This document shows, in pieces, positions 17,127-30,806 of a stretch of DNA of 64,000 nucleotides; within the stretch, counting starts at the first letter, position 1, and every line of letters begins with the position of its first letter. The translations under genes and the position numbers were made by a program. Location: the NCBI GenBank assembly GCA_964016885.1, contig OZ024742.1, positions 60,078,001 through 60,142,000 of the forward strand. Reading direction: 5' to 3'. This DNA is from Eledone cirrhosa. Lineage: Eukaryota. The notes beneath the pieces are model-generated. The model had not been told where the DNA came from. It made no database searches and saw nothing but the letters and a program-made list of their open reading frames with translations.

Positions 17127-17603
17127 ATAATAATAAATTTGAAGACTAAAATCCAAAGAGGGCTCGATAAGGATAAATAAATTTTAGTCTACGACTTCAG
17201 TTATACCATTTACGTGGTTTTGTCTTTGCGTGCAATTGTTCTCCCCACTCCACATAATTACGTATTATCTTCGTGTTTTCCGTTCATTGCCAGAGAACGT
17301 CTCCATGAACCACCCAATCGAATATTAGTCTACGACTTCTTTTATACCATAAACGTGGTTTTGCCTTTGCGTGTAATTGTTTTTTTACCGCTCTAAATAA
17401 TGACGTATTATATTCATTTTTTCCCGTTCTTTGCCAGGGAACGTTTCCACGAACCAAAGTATCGTCTTCCTGTCTTCCTCCTGTTGCAACGTTTTTTGAA
17501 ATATTTACTACTGCGTTCACAGATTGATTTTTTAGTTTCAGAAGATCCTGTTAAGCGTGAAAGCAGCGATTCTTTGCTTAAATTTCAATCTGTTATTTTA
17601 ATA
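17122..17603. mobile_element. Family F PLE pseudo-LTR composite (inverted tail plus forward 3' end)
   Basis: 17122-17180 matches 60083-60140; 17183-17603 matches 61667-62078; HHR-like motif at 17534-17585. Confidence 0.85.
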
Positions 17604-17760
17604 TATATATATATACACACACACGGTAAAATATATGTGTGTGTATGTATATCATGAAAAAACACGTGAGAGAAATATAGGAAACAGAAATCTCGAAGGA
17701 CAAAAGCATATGGACAATTCCCGCTAATTGGCTGTCATCTGACTATCATTATAATTATAG

Positions 17761-17874
17761 TCTGAGTTCAAATCCCGCCGAGGTTGACTTTGCCTTTCAT
17801 CCTTACGGGGTCGATAAAATAAAGTACCAGTAATGCACTGTGTAATTGCTGGCCTTGTGCCTAAAGTAGAAACA
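17761..17874 (+). mobile_element. 5'-truncated SINE with ~13 bp TSD
   Basis: Same family as 14246; attataatta(t/g)ag on both sides. Confidence 0.88.
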
Positions 17875-17968
17875 ATTATAATTAGAGTTGTCTTTAAAAG
17901 ACATGTATATATATATATATGAAACGAAAGGCGTTGTGTGGTTACTGTAAACAAAGTTTAAGATTGTA

Positions 17969-18010
<42 letters not shown>

Positions 18011-18014
18011 TACA

Positions 18015-19030
18015 ATCATCATCATCATCACGGGTTGTCCTGTTGTGGGCAGTGTCTGGTCGGCTGACCATGCCTTGTTCATACAGGAACTGATTTGGCT
18101 TGATTTCTACAGCCGGATGCCCTTCCTAACACCAACCTCATTTACAGTGAGTGCTGGGTGCTTTTTCGTGGTGCTTTTTCCTGTAACTGCCTGACAAGGA
18201 AGAGGGCATTAGTGGTGCCTCTTCCTGGTACAAACCCAAATTGCATCTCGTCTAGTTTCACCCGGTCCCTAATCAACTGTGCTATAACTCTTTCTGTTAC
18301 TTTCATGACCTGGTCCATCAGCTTTATACCTCTATAGTTTCCTCTATCTAGTGCATCACCTTTACCTTTGTAGCAGTGGACAATTATGCTGCTGCACCAA
18401 TCTTTTGGTATGACACCCTCTAGTATTACCTGGTTAACAATACGTGTGGTTATAGTGTGACCTACAGACCCAGATGCCTTCAGCATCTCGGCAGCTATAC
18501 CCGATGGACCGGTTGCCTTCCCCATCTTCATATCTTTGATTGCCTTACTTACTACGCTGATGCTGACTTGTACTGCTGGCCCCTCTATAGGGTCTACTTG
18601 GGGTAGGGTCTCTTCTTCCCATGCATTCTCCTCATTTAGTAATCTATCATAATGACTCTTCCATGCATCTTTCTTCTCAGCACTTGCGAGGGCAAGCTCA
18701 CCTTTATGATTCCGGATACATTTCTCTCCAATGACATCACAATTCTCTCTGACACACTGCCTCGCAATCTTGAACACCTCCTGTTTCTGGTCCTCACGTT
18801 GCAAAACATGCTTGAATTTTCTATCCTCTGCTTCCCTCCTAGCTAAGTATACTTGTCGCCTAGCTTCCCTCTTGGTCTCTATGTAATGTACCCTGCTCCC
18901 CCCGTTCTTCCATTCTTTCCATGCCTGTCTCTTGGCCTTATCTGCCTCATCTACCTTATTGTTTCACCACCAAGTCACTCTCATCCTGCTGGTGGTCTTA
19001 CTCCAGCCACAGATCTCATCCGTCGCCTCT
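18015..19030 (-). mobile_element. RTE-clade LINE fragment, 5'-truncated and internally deleted
   Basis: GKATGPSGI, YKGKGDALDRGNYRGIKL and QFGFVPGRGTT motifs; 3' UTR ggttggtgttaggaagggcatccggctgtagaaa; (GAT)n tail. Confidence 0.88.
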
Positions 19031-19093
19031 AGTTATTTATATATATTCTAAGTTATTTATATATATATATATATATATATAGATATAGATAGG

Positions 19094-19521
19094 TAAATAT
19101 ACACGGGTGTGTATGATTGTGTATAGAAGATTATATTAATAAGAGGAATTCCAACTTTGTCTGATTTACTCGTTTTATTTACAATCCTTTAAAATATATA
19201 TAATATGGTATTATAATGAAATAGTATGATAGAATATTAAATTCTAAGTGTTAATTGAACAAGTACTTTCATGCTTTCGCAATCTTCAGGTTCATGATAT
19301 GTGGTGACAGTCGAGTTTGCAATTTTCAACAGTTGAAAATTGCAAACTCGACTGTCACCACATATCATGAACCTGAAGATTGCGAGAGCATGAAAGTACT
19401 TGTTCAATTAACACTTAGAATTTAACATTCTATCATACTATTTCATTATATATATTATATATATTTTAAAGGATTGTAAATAAAACGAGTAAATCAGACA
19501 AAGTTGGAATTCCTCTTATTA

Positions 19522-19525
<4 letters not shown>
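19094..19525 (-). mobile_element. Fold-back element, family A copy 2 (opposite orientation)
   Basis: Centre at 19331; tail 19094-19132 is the reverse complement of 9035-9070; HHR in both arms. Confidence 0.9.
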
Positions 19526-19599
<74 letters not shown>

Positions 19600-19949
19600 T
19601 CGACTGATTTCTCTACAACTTTCGGCTTCCAAGTTGGTCTTGCACAACCTTGAGGCATTGAGGAACCAGAGGGTATAATAGAAAGTAATTTTAAGCAAGA
19701 TGCGGCACGATATTCATTCGGATTCTTCGCTTTCTGCAGATATCATTGGGAACCCTGTGTAAGCAAGCGCCTTTTTGTTCCATATTTTAGCCACTCTTAC
19801 ATGTGCCATCAATTAAATTAATTTATATTCTTTTTATATTCTTTTCATAGATGTATTTTTTTCACTAACATTCTTATCGTAAAACTTTAGTCACCTTAGA
19901 TATTTGTATTGGCATTATCATTTTATAATAGCAACTGCTTGTATACCTT

Positions 19950-20525
19950 TTACAGACCACCTGGCCTATTTTCACCCCTAAAATAAGCTTCAGTTACTAC
20001 TATTTTACCATTTGGCCAATTATTAACTTTCTATTGGGTAATTCTAAACCTCTTACCAAACAGACAGAATATATTAGATCTTTGTTGGTTTTATTCAATG
20101 AACAAATAAAATTATTTCTGAGGTCAGCGTAAGACCTATTTCTTCCCTAAAATAATCCTTCATTCATAATATTCTTTTCCATCCAAAACTGAAATCTACC
20201 TTCCTCTACCCATAATTTAAGGTCCTTCTACTACTATATTACTATCTTGACCCTCACTATCACTCTATTGGTCAATTCAAAACCTGTTCCCAAACAGACC
20301 TATTGTATTGAATCTTTGTTTTTTTCAATAAACAAATATCATTATTTCTGAAGACAGCATATATATGTGTAGGTATGTATATTCCCTCTGATAGTTTGTA
20401 TAAATATTGTACATAGATCTATAGAATATGCATACCAACTCTAACACATATATATCCTAGAAACGATCGTAAAATGATGAATTTTTTTAATATAAGGAAC
20501 TGTTTCTTTGTTTATTCATTATTTT
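19950..20525 (+). mobile_element. Repeat with diverged internal duplication and a long-stem-II hammerhead; partial inverted copy at 55310-55570
   Basis: 20030-20130 resembles 20265-20360; homology to 55310-55570. Confidence 0.7.
20339..20480 (+). ncRNA. Type I hammerhead ribozyme (predicted) with ~105 nt stem II
   Basis: tcattattt CTGAAGA ... GAA ACGATCGT A aaatgatga; stem II pairs atatatatgtgt/acacatatatat and ggtatgtatattc/gaatatgcatacc. Confidence 0.65.
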
Positions 20526-20529
20526 ATTA

Positions 20530-20587
<58 letters not shown>

Positions 20588-20604
20588 GTATAAATATATA
20601 TATA

Positions 20605-20669
<65 letters not shown>

Positions 20670-20993
20670 TTATATATATGTATAAATATATATATATATA
20701 TATACACATATGTTTTTTTTATCATTATTTTGCTTTTATTCATACATTGTAGATAGTTTCCAACTTTTCAAAGATTAATTTACTTCCAGTAGATTGTCTC
20801 ATGTATATATATATTAGATTAGAGTAAACATCACGGACGCTCTATCTCAACATTATTTTTGAAAACCATTAGAAATGCGCAACCGGTAAAACTTAAAACC
20901 AAAACTGAATACTAACCAATACTATTACTAATTTTTACTTATTCCTAACTATTTTTCACTGGGAACAATTTGTCACCATTTTCTTTTCTGTTT

Positions 20994-22155
<1,162 letters not shown>

Positions 22156-22161
<6 letters not shown>

Positions 22162-22940
22162 GATAAGCAGAACAAGTAAAATTCAATCAATTTTTCAAAA
22201 TACATTAACAAATATAATATAAATATTTACCTCTTCTAGTGGCCCTTACTGATCAGTTTCGCTTTGTAAAACCTCATAAATCCGATGATTTATGATGGAA
22301 AACCAAAGCTCATCAGAGAAGCATTTTCCCTTCCTAGGGCTAAACGTCCCAGGAACGACAAAATATACAACCTCCTGCCAGCTAATAAAGGTCTGAAAGG
22401 TCGTAAAATTGACCCGTATGTAAACTGGACCGAAGTAAAAGCGGGAAAATCAAAGACTTGCTGTCTACAATTACTACTAAAAAAATAGCAGCCAAGTAGA
22501 GCAACAGATTTGTTCTCAACGGACGGAGAAAATCTACTTGGCTGCTATTTTTTTAGTAGTAATTGTAGACAGCAAGTCTTTGATTTTCCCGCTTTTACTT
22601 CGGTCCAGTTTACATACGGGTCAATTTTACGACCTTTCAGACCTTTATTAGCTGGCAGGAGGTTGTATATTTTGTCGTTCCTGGGACGTTTAGCCCTAGG
22701 AAGGGAAAATGCTTCTCTGATGAGCTTTGGTTTTCCATCATAAATCCATCGGATTTATGAGGTTTTACAAAGCGAAACTGATCAGTAAGGGCCACTAGAA
22801 GAGGTAAATATTTATATTATATATTTTAATGTATTTTGAAAAATTGATTGAATTTTACTTGTTCTGCTTATCTTAATATTAAAGTTCTGGTGTATCAAAT
22901 TAACACCATTGAACAACCTTGAATCATAGACAACCTATGT
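22156..22940 (+). mobile_element. Fold-back element, family B (~345 bp arms, 32 bp spacer, 3' tail)
   Basis: Arms 22156-22500 and 22533-22878 are nearly identical; tail 22879-22940. Confidence 0.9.
22711..22792 (+). ncRNA. Type I hammerhead ribozyme (predicted), family B
   Basis: ttct CTGATGA GCTTTG..TCATAAATCC atc GGATTTATGA..CAAAGC GAA ACTGATCAGT A aggg. Confidence 0.8.
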
Positions 22941-23287
22941 ATATATATATATATATATGTATATATATACATGAGACAACCTACTGGAAGTAAATTAATC
23001 TTTGAAAAGTTGGAAACTAACTACAATGTATGAATAAAAGCAATATAATGAGGAAAAAAAAACATCTTTGACATAGTTGAAAATTTGTTGTTCAGATATG
23101 ACAACGTGTAATAAAAATAATATAACTATGAATAATAATAAATATTATGTGAAAATAAAATAACATTTTATAACAATATGTAATTATTAATTTTGTTGTC
23201 GATTTAATATTTGTTTGTCATAGATATCGTTCTTTCATCACATAAACTTTCTATTTTACTTTTGCAGTTTGACGTTCTCTTAATAAT

Positions 23288-23472
23288 TGTTTCTACTTTT
23301 GGCACAAGGCCAGCAGTTATTCCAGTGCATTACTGGTACTTTATTTTATTGTCCCCGTAAGGATGAAAGGCAAAGTTAACCTCAGTGGGATTTCAACTCA
23401 GATCATAAAGGGATGTAACTCTATGCTTCAAAGCATGGCTTTCGACCCTCTACCGATACTGCCCATCCGCCG
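23288..23472 (-). mobile_element. tRNA-derived SINE
   Basis: Reverse complement of the SINE consensus; cttaataat on both sides. Confidence 0.9.
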
Positions 23473-23477
23473 TTTCC

Positions 23478-23479
<2 letters not shown>

Positions 23480-23518
<39 letters not shown>
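23480..23518. repeat. (AAT)n, left target of the Tx1-type LINE
   Basis: Direct sequence. Confidence 0.95.
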
Positions 23519-23520
<2 letters not shown>

Positions 23521-23768
23521 TTTCTTTATTAACAACAAGGGTTTACATAAAGTAGACATTAAGGACAATACAGGACAATACAGGACGAACCTAATGGGCA
23601 TTTCTGCGTGTAAAAAACAAAAACAGAGGATGTAACAAAAAAATAACAATGAAAAATTCCCCAATAGGGGAAGACTTCGGAGGGACATTTGTGGAGAAAG
23701 CCCAGTAAAAGGCCACAGTGACACTGACCACCAAGGCAAGTGCCCTATACCAGTTTTCTACCTTTAAT

Positions 23769-26700
23769 TTACAGATATATACTCAGAGTAGGCCCATTCA
23801 CTCGGGCCATTCTTGCTTCTCTCACCCATCTTTCAACAAAATGCTGGGAAGAGAGCACTTCCCTCTCTACTCTGATTTTCCTTTTCAAATGAAATTTGAC
23901 AAAGTCAATCAGAGCATCACCGAAGAGGTAAGTGCTCGTCTTCAGCCCTTTCAAACGTGTCCACCATACTATCTCTTTCGCCATGGCCACCAGACAGATA
24001 AAAACTGCCTGCCCTTCCAGGCTAAAGGAGGAGGGCGGGGCAATCCTCACGATGGACTCAGATGATAGCCGGATCCGTCCTACACGCGACAGCAGGTGTT
24101 CGACTTAAACCCACAAGTCAGCAATTTTCGGACACTGGACGAGTGCGTGCAGGACGGTTTCGTCGTCCTGCACGCATCTCGGACATGCCCGGCTGACGGC
24201 ACCTCCATGGCTGTAGAGTTTATCCCGAACTGGCAAGGCTCCTCGGTAGCACTGCCAGGCCAGAGATTTCTGGAAGTTGTCCATAGGTCCCAGCTCGAAA
24301 GTTCCTCCGAAGAGATTGGCTAGTTGATTTTCGTCGTCGCCTAGAGTGTCCCCAAGTACGTCGTCGCTCTTCCCCTCCACTAATCCTCTATAGAACGCTG
24401 AGGTGGGGTTTCCACCGATCACATTGCCCGATTGGTCGAGGGCTGTGAGCGCCTGAAGATATTCCAGTCTCCAGGCGCTCCCTCTCTGTCTTCGCTTGAC
24501 CCAGGACTGCAGCTCCGTCAACGAAACGAGCTGGGGAAATACGTGTTTAGCAAACGGCGACCACACCTGATCACCGTCGAGGAAGAGGTTGAGATGTCGT
24601 AGCCTGAGCGCGTGTCTGCGCATCATCATCCACGGCATGCCCAGCCCTTAACGTAGTGGGTGTTGACAGCAGATGGACCGCCTGACCATGGGAGCGCGTC
24701 CCTTCCACAAAAAGCGAAAGAGCAAACGCTCCAGCGCAGTCAGGCGAGGCTTAGGACAAGGTACGACGGTCAGGCGGTAGCAGATGACAGACGCGATGTA
24801 CGCGTTAGCCACCTCCGCTCGACCTTTCAGGGATAGCTTCCACTCCGCCCATTTCTGGGTGAGAGAAGCCACCCTGCTCGTCACCTCGTCCCAGTTTTTG
24901 TCTGTCTGGAGGTCCGGACCGAACCAGACCCCTAGCATTTTAACCGGTCCGTCCGTCCAGCGTCCGGCGATGCTGTTGGACGGCATGGACCTGCCTCTCC
25001 AGGTGCCGAGCTGCAGGCCCACTGACTTTTCCTGCTTGATCATTGTTCCTGTCACCGCTTCGTATTCGACACCACTACAGTGATATCGTCCGCATATACT
25101 GACACGGATCTTCCGCATCCTAGTTCGCGTGGGACGCCCCTCAACGTCTCCAGTTTGTGCAGTAATGGCTCGAGAGTCAATACGTACAAGAGGGACGAGA
25201 GGGGACATCCTTGGCGGACCGAGCGCATGATGTTGAACGGTTCCGAAAGGTGACCGTGCACTCTCACCACAGAGCAGATGTCGCTGTGCATGGCAGCGAC
25301 CCAGCCTCTGAAGACGGGCCCAAAGCCAGCCGCCCTCAGGACTGCCGCTAGGTAACGATGGTCGACCCTATCGAAAGCTTTCGACTGATCTAAATTTATC
25401 AAGGACCCACCCGTGCCAGGTTCCCTAGCTACCCTCTCTACGATGTATCGCATGAGGTGGAGGTTGTCGGGGATGGATCTGTCAGGAATGGCGCATGTCT
25501 GCGCCTCTCCCACCAGACCACCAACGACAAGCGCCAGCTTCTTTGCTAGCACCTTGGCCAAAATCTTGAACTCTGTGTTTAGTAGAGTTATGGGCCTGAA
25601 ATTATCTATGTTATCCCCCTTTTTCGGATCCTTTCTCAGCAGTGCCACCGCTCCTCGGCTCACAGAGCTGGGAATTCTCCCATTCTGTTGCCAGTATCAG
25701 TAGACGTCCGCCAAGAGGCCTCCGAAAAAGTCTGGCATCTGTACGTAAATTTCATAGGGCAGACCATCCAAACCAGGCGATTTACCCCCTGTGCAGCCAG
25801 TCATTGCCTCCCGTACTTCAGTGGCTGTTATCGGCTTTTCGCAACACTCCGCCTCAGTGGCCGAGAGCCGCGGCAGTCCGTCGAGGTAGACACTAAAGTC
25901 CATCCCTCGACCCGGCCCACCGCTGCCCCCGAACAGCTGAGCGAAGTGTCGCTGAAAAGCTTCACACATTTGCCCGAGATCGAGTAGCATGCGCCCGTCG
26001 TGGATCCCAAAGACCGGATCGTGGCTTTGTTGCCACACCGCGCCTTCATCACTCGGGCCCATTGAACGGCTTTCGTCCCCTCGTGTCTGAGAGCACGCAC
26101 CCTAGCTCTGACAACGCAGCCTTCGTGCTTTGCATTGAAGAATTGGTCAAGGGCCAATTTCGCCGCAAGCACGTCGGTCGCGATGCCTTTGCTAAGCGCC
26201 TCGTCTAATTTTCTAACTAGCTCTCCCTCTGCTCAATTTTTCTCTATTGCTAAAGCCTTACTAAACATAATGGATTCTATTCTAATCGCTCTTTTCAGAG
26301 CAAACCACCACTTGTTGTTGACGATGGCCCCCGTCGACGCCCGCTTAACTAGTTCGCTAATCCGGTCTCTGTAGGCATTGCGCGCTGGTAAGGACGCGTT
26401 TATCTTCCAGTAGCCGGGTCCTCGTCTATGAAGCCTATCTAAGTCAAGCACACAGATCACGAATTTGTTGTCCGTGTAGCTGACTATCTTGAATTGTGGA
26501 CAGCCTATGCTAGACCTATCTATTTCCCTACAAAATACTCTATCTAGATATGATCTGGATGACACTATGCGATTTGTCCAAGTCCACATTGGCACATTTG
26601 GGAAATCCAATCGGTACCTGTCAGACAGTTCAAAACGACTGAGCAGGTTGGTGAGACTCTTGCGCCCTCCACCCTATCCGCTAATCCCACACAGTCCCAG

Positions 26701-27145
26701 CGTACATCTGAGATCCCGTTCCAGTCGCCCACTAACACTAAAGAGTGGGACGTTCCAAGAAAGGTCTCCAGACGCCGGAAGAAATCAGGCCGCCCTGCTC
26801 CTGTCGGGGCATAGACGGCCACTAGCCTGAAAGCTTGCCCATCTCCGCTGGTCACGTCCAGCACCACCAGCTTACCCTCTGGGACAGGAAGATGGCCCGT
26901 ATGGCGAGATTCAAACCTCTCCGAAAAAGCACAGCAACTCCTCCCCCCGATACAGGACGACTGGGAGATGCGTACACATCGTAGCCGCCGAAGATCGGTG
27001 CGAAGGCCCGTGCTTCGGAGATTCTGGTCTCGCTGATAGCCACTACATCTATGTTTAGTGACCTGAGGTCATTGAGCAGGTGATCCTCTTTCCATGACGA
27101 CCCCAAGCCACGCGCATTTATGCTGCCTATTCTGAGTGAGGTCAT
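23769..27145 (-). pseudogene. ORF2: AP endonuclease, RT and C-terminal zinc finger, with several frameshifts and stops
   Basis: SINARGL, ISET, VYAP, GDWN, SYLDR, GPGYWKIN, KSPGLDGLP, FRPITLLN, DQSKAFDRVDH, VRQGCPLS, YADD, CPRC...ETVLH...C. Confidence 0.92.
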
Positions 27146-29116
27146 GTTTAAAATGGAGTGGAAAAGATGGGAAAGACCACTTACTGTACTTTTCGTAGAG
27201 GAAGGATGGTCTCCATCCCTTTTCACTTGATCGTCTGGTGGAGGGACCGTTGAATCGTCCCTTCGGCTGGTCGTCGGCTCTTCTATGAGTATGTCCGAAT
27301 ATACTCTCCGGTTGAGAGTCCCTGCTAGGTCTCTGAAATCACCAACTGCGTTGGGGAATTTCGTTTTAATGTTTGTGTATTGTTTCTGTGCTATTTTTAG
27401 CAGTCTTATGTTCGTTGGTGTTTTGATTGGTGCTGGTATTATGTGGTCTTGCTGTGAAATGTCTGTGTGTTCAATTATGTAAGTCATTAGTTTCTTGTTG
27501 TGTGTATTTATTGCCGTGCATTTGATTTTCTGGGGGTGGGGTGTGGTTCTGCTATTTTCTTGTCGTTGTTGCTGGGTGTGTGTGTTTTGTTGTTGTGTTT
27601 GCGATGTTGGTGTTTGTGGTGGTGGTGTTGAAGATGTTTTTGTTGTTGGCGGTACGGTTGTCGCCGGTGCCGATGGTGGTGCTAGTGTGGGTGGTGATGA
27701 TGTTGGTGGTGTTGCTTCTGTGAGTCTCTTTGCAGTAGCCGTTACCCTTTTTTCATTTCTTTCCTCCCTTTTCGAAGGCGACGATGCGCTGCTTCTGCGT
27801 TTGTGCCTTCTTACGACCTCTTGCCATCCCTCTCCCACCTCACACTCCATGTCTGATTCTGTGAGGTCGGGGAGGGGTACCAGCTCTACTATTTCACTTG
27901 TTGTTGGTGATGTTTGCAGTGGAGTCTCTGTTGCAGGCGCATTTGGTATTACTGTTGTTGTTGTTAATACTGCCACTGATGCTGCTGTTCTTGATTTCCG
28001 TGGCGTGGGTATGGATGCCACGGACCTATCGTTCCTGCCTGCCGCCTGTCCTGTTGCTGGTAGCAGTGGAGCCGGTTTCGGAAGGAGGGGGGTTTTCTCC
28101 TTTCTCAGGGTCTTCTCGTTGCAGAAGGCCCTGAGGTAAGTCTTCGATCCACAGCGAAAGCATTTCGGGCGTCTGCCCTCAACACTTATGGGAAGTTGAG
28201 TGCCGTTATCGAAGTCTATCACATCCGGGATAGCTTCGATGCACTCCTGGTTGGTTTGTATTAATATCTCAATGGAGGTGCCGACCCAATCTTCTCTTAC
28301 TTTTTTCTGTACTTGCAGTACAGTTGTTTTGTCCTCGATTCCGACGAAGACAGACGCGGCCAGACAAGAAGGGGCCATCCCGGGGGGGAGGGGGGTCAGT
28401 TTGACCCTCACAATATTTTGCCCGCAGTAGGAGGGCACCAACACCATTTCCTCGCTCCTTAGGGTCACTAAGGATTGAGCTTTTGCCTCCTGGGGTGTGG
28501 CAAAAAGCACGTCTACGGTGGCATATTTCTTGCCTCGGGCGATATGCGTTTTTAGCTGCCACACAGACCCTAAGGCATTTTGTATTTCAGCCTCTGTGGC
28601 TCTTTCAACCCTACGGGATATTGTGCTTACTGTACGGTACGTGACCGTACAGTGCTGTTGGGTTCCGAAACATTTTTCGGCTGCCTTGCAGATTGCTCGG
28701 TGTCCGGTTTTCGTCACCATCTCCTTCGCTTCCTGTAATTCCTCATTTGTTATGAGGATGGTTTCCATGTTCTTTGCGATACCTGCAAACGAGATTGGTT
28801 TTTCTTTGCTGCTGTTGTTGTTGTTGTTGTTGTCGTCAGAGCTGCTGTTACTTTTGTTGTTGCTGCAGGTACTACGACTGCTGCCGCCGTCGCTGTTGCT
28901 GTGGTTGTTGTTGTTGCTGCTGCTGTTGTTGTTGTTGCTGCTAATGCTGTTGTTGTTTATGCTGCTGCTGATGCTGTTGCGGCTGCTACTGTTGTTATCC
29001 TTGTCACTGTTGCTGCTGCTGCTGTTATTACGGCTGCTACTGCTATTATTCATGACGTCAGACGAATGAAATGGGTTTTCGTATTTCCCGCACACCTTTT
29101 TCGTCGTTGTCGTCAT
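27146..29116 (-). CDS. LINE ORF1 (gag-like nucleic-acid-binding protein)
   Basis: Open frame; zinc knuckle CFRCGSKTYLRAFC (CCHC with H replaced by Y); N/S-rich N-terminus and P/T-rich region. Confidence 0.8.
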
Positions 29117-29498
29117 CGTCGTGGAGGAAATGTTGCACGCTTTGCACGTGATTTTTCTTTACTGGTGTCGCTTGCGAAATAGAAGGGAGGGAGAGAGACA
29201 ATCTTCTCTCTGCTGTAGTGACGATTGAGGAAGAAGAAGACGGAATGAGTGGGAGCGACTTGTGAAAATTCTTTTTCGTAGCCATGTTTTTTTTGTTTAA
29301 AATAAATATTGGGCGCAAAACCCCAATAAGCGATTATTTAACCCCGAAGGGCCAAATAACAGGCAGAAAGACCCATCTCACGAGGAGGAGGGTGTTTTTG
29401 TCTACAATTTGGTTAAAGTTTTAAACAATTTACAATTGTTATAGCGGTCAAAATTTACAATACCTTACAGAGCCGAGCCTCCGTCAACCATAGCATTC

Positions 29499-29531
<33 letters not shown>

Positions 29532-29532
<1 letters not shown>

Positions 29533-29682
29533 GGAACACTTCAAAAGGCATGTTTGCTGGGAACAGCAAGTACCCTCCGATACGTCCTGAATATCTGAGG
29601 CTGCAGGTAGTGGCTTGATATTCATTTCAACAAACATTCCAGTTAACCAACATCAATGCCTGAGACTCAAAGAACAATAATA
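29532..29682 (+). mobile_element. Short 3' fragment of a Dong/R4-like retrotransposon
   Basis: Near-identical to 30467-30605 (GTLQKACLLGTA.TLRYVLNI* plus UTR). Confidence 0.85.
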
Positions 29683-29688
29683 AAAAAA

Positions 29689-30632
29689 CAGCATAGAAGA
29701 CTGTGTTCAGATGGAGAAAAACAACCTAAACAAATGCGTGACTGATAGTAGGGAGCCAATGCTCAGAATTGTACTAAATGTGAGGGCAACAGACTAGGGG
29801 ATGTCCAAGGAGGAAATAACAACAAGGAGAAAGAGCAACCTTCATGAAAAATCGCTTCCTAGTATCTTCTTTGAGAAAACTGAATTCAGAGATCCACAGA
29901 CATGGAACTGGTTGAAAAGAGGAGACCTTAAAAAGGCTACGGAAGGAATGCTAATGGCGGCGCAAGAGCAGGCCCTCAAAACGAAGTGGCTGAAACACCA
30001 TATAACAAGGAGGTGGCTCACATTGTATCCGAGTGTAAACACATAGCCCAGACTCACTATAAAGGCTGGAGACATGATAGGCAGGGTGATCCACTGGCAC
30101 CTAAGCAAAGTAAACAATTTACCACATTCTATGAGCATAAGCCAGAGTCGGTGATAGAAAACGATCAGGTGAAGGTGCTGTGGGATTTTAGGATACAGAC
30201 TGACAAGAAGCTGGAACACAATAGTGGTGGTTTTGGACAAGGGAAAAAGATCGTGCCTGATTGTGGGTGTAGCCTGCCCATTCGACACGAGAGTGCAAGA
30301 AAAGGAGAGGGCGAACATTAACCGATACCAGGACTTAAAGTGGGAGGTAAAAAGGATTTGGAACTGCCATGAGGTCAAAATGGTCCCGATTGTCATAGGC
30401 GCACTAGGGACTATCTCAAAAAGTTTCCAGGGATGGTTAAAGAAAATTGGTCCCGCCCCGCTTTTTGGAACACTTCAAAAGGCATGCTTGCTGGGAACAG
30501 CAAGAACCCTCCGATACGTCCTGAATATCTGAGGCTGCAGGTAGTGGCTTGATATTCATTTCAACAAACTTTCCAGTTAAATAACATGAATAACTGAGAC
30601 TCAAATTATAATAATAATAATAATAATAATAA
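29689..30632 (+). mobile_element. 5'-truncated Dong/R4-like RLE retrotransposon with (TAA)n tail
   Basis: TEGMLMAAQEQAL, HIVSEC, PESVIENDQVKVLWDFRIQTD, ACPFD, VPIVIGALG, KACLLGTARTLR; frameshifted. Confidence 0.88.
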
Positions 30633-30806
30633 TTGTTTCTACTTTAGTCACAAGGCCAGCAATTACCCAATGCATTACTGGTACTTTATTTTATCGACCC
30701 CGTAAGGATGAAAGGCAAAGTCAACCTCGGCGGGATTTGAACTCAGATCGTAAAGGGACGTAAATATGCTGGAAAGCATGGCGTCCGACCCTCTACCGAT
30801 ACTGCC
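30633..30806 (-). mobile_element. tRNA-derived SINE
   Basis: Reverse complement of the SINE consensus, abutting (AAT)n. Confidence 0.9.

Larger units (their letters stand above)
23519..29498 (-). mobile_element. Full-length decayed Tx1/L1-type LINE in (AAT)n
   Basis: 5' UTR, ORF1, APE-RT-zinc finger ORF2 and 3' UTR with AATAAA; (AAT)n on both sides. Confidence 0.92.

Noticed and set aside
22285-22743. 67 aa and 77 aa ORFs in the family B palindrome
   Set aside because: They are antisense readings of the same arm sequence and show no recognisable domain.
27495-29069. Plus-strand Val/Gly- and Leu-rich ORFs
   Set aside because: Antisense shadows of the low-complexity LINE ORF1.
29532-30605. 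LTR retrotransposon bounded by ~140 bp direct repeats
   Set aside because: The repeats are the coding 3' end and UTR of two tandem Dong/R4 copies, each with a TAA tail.
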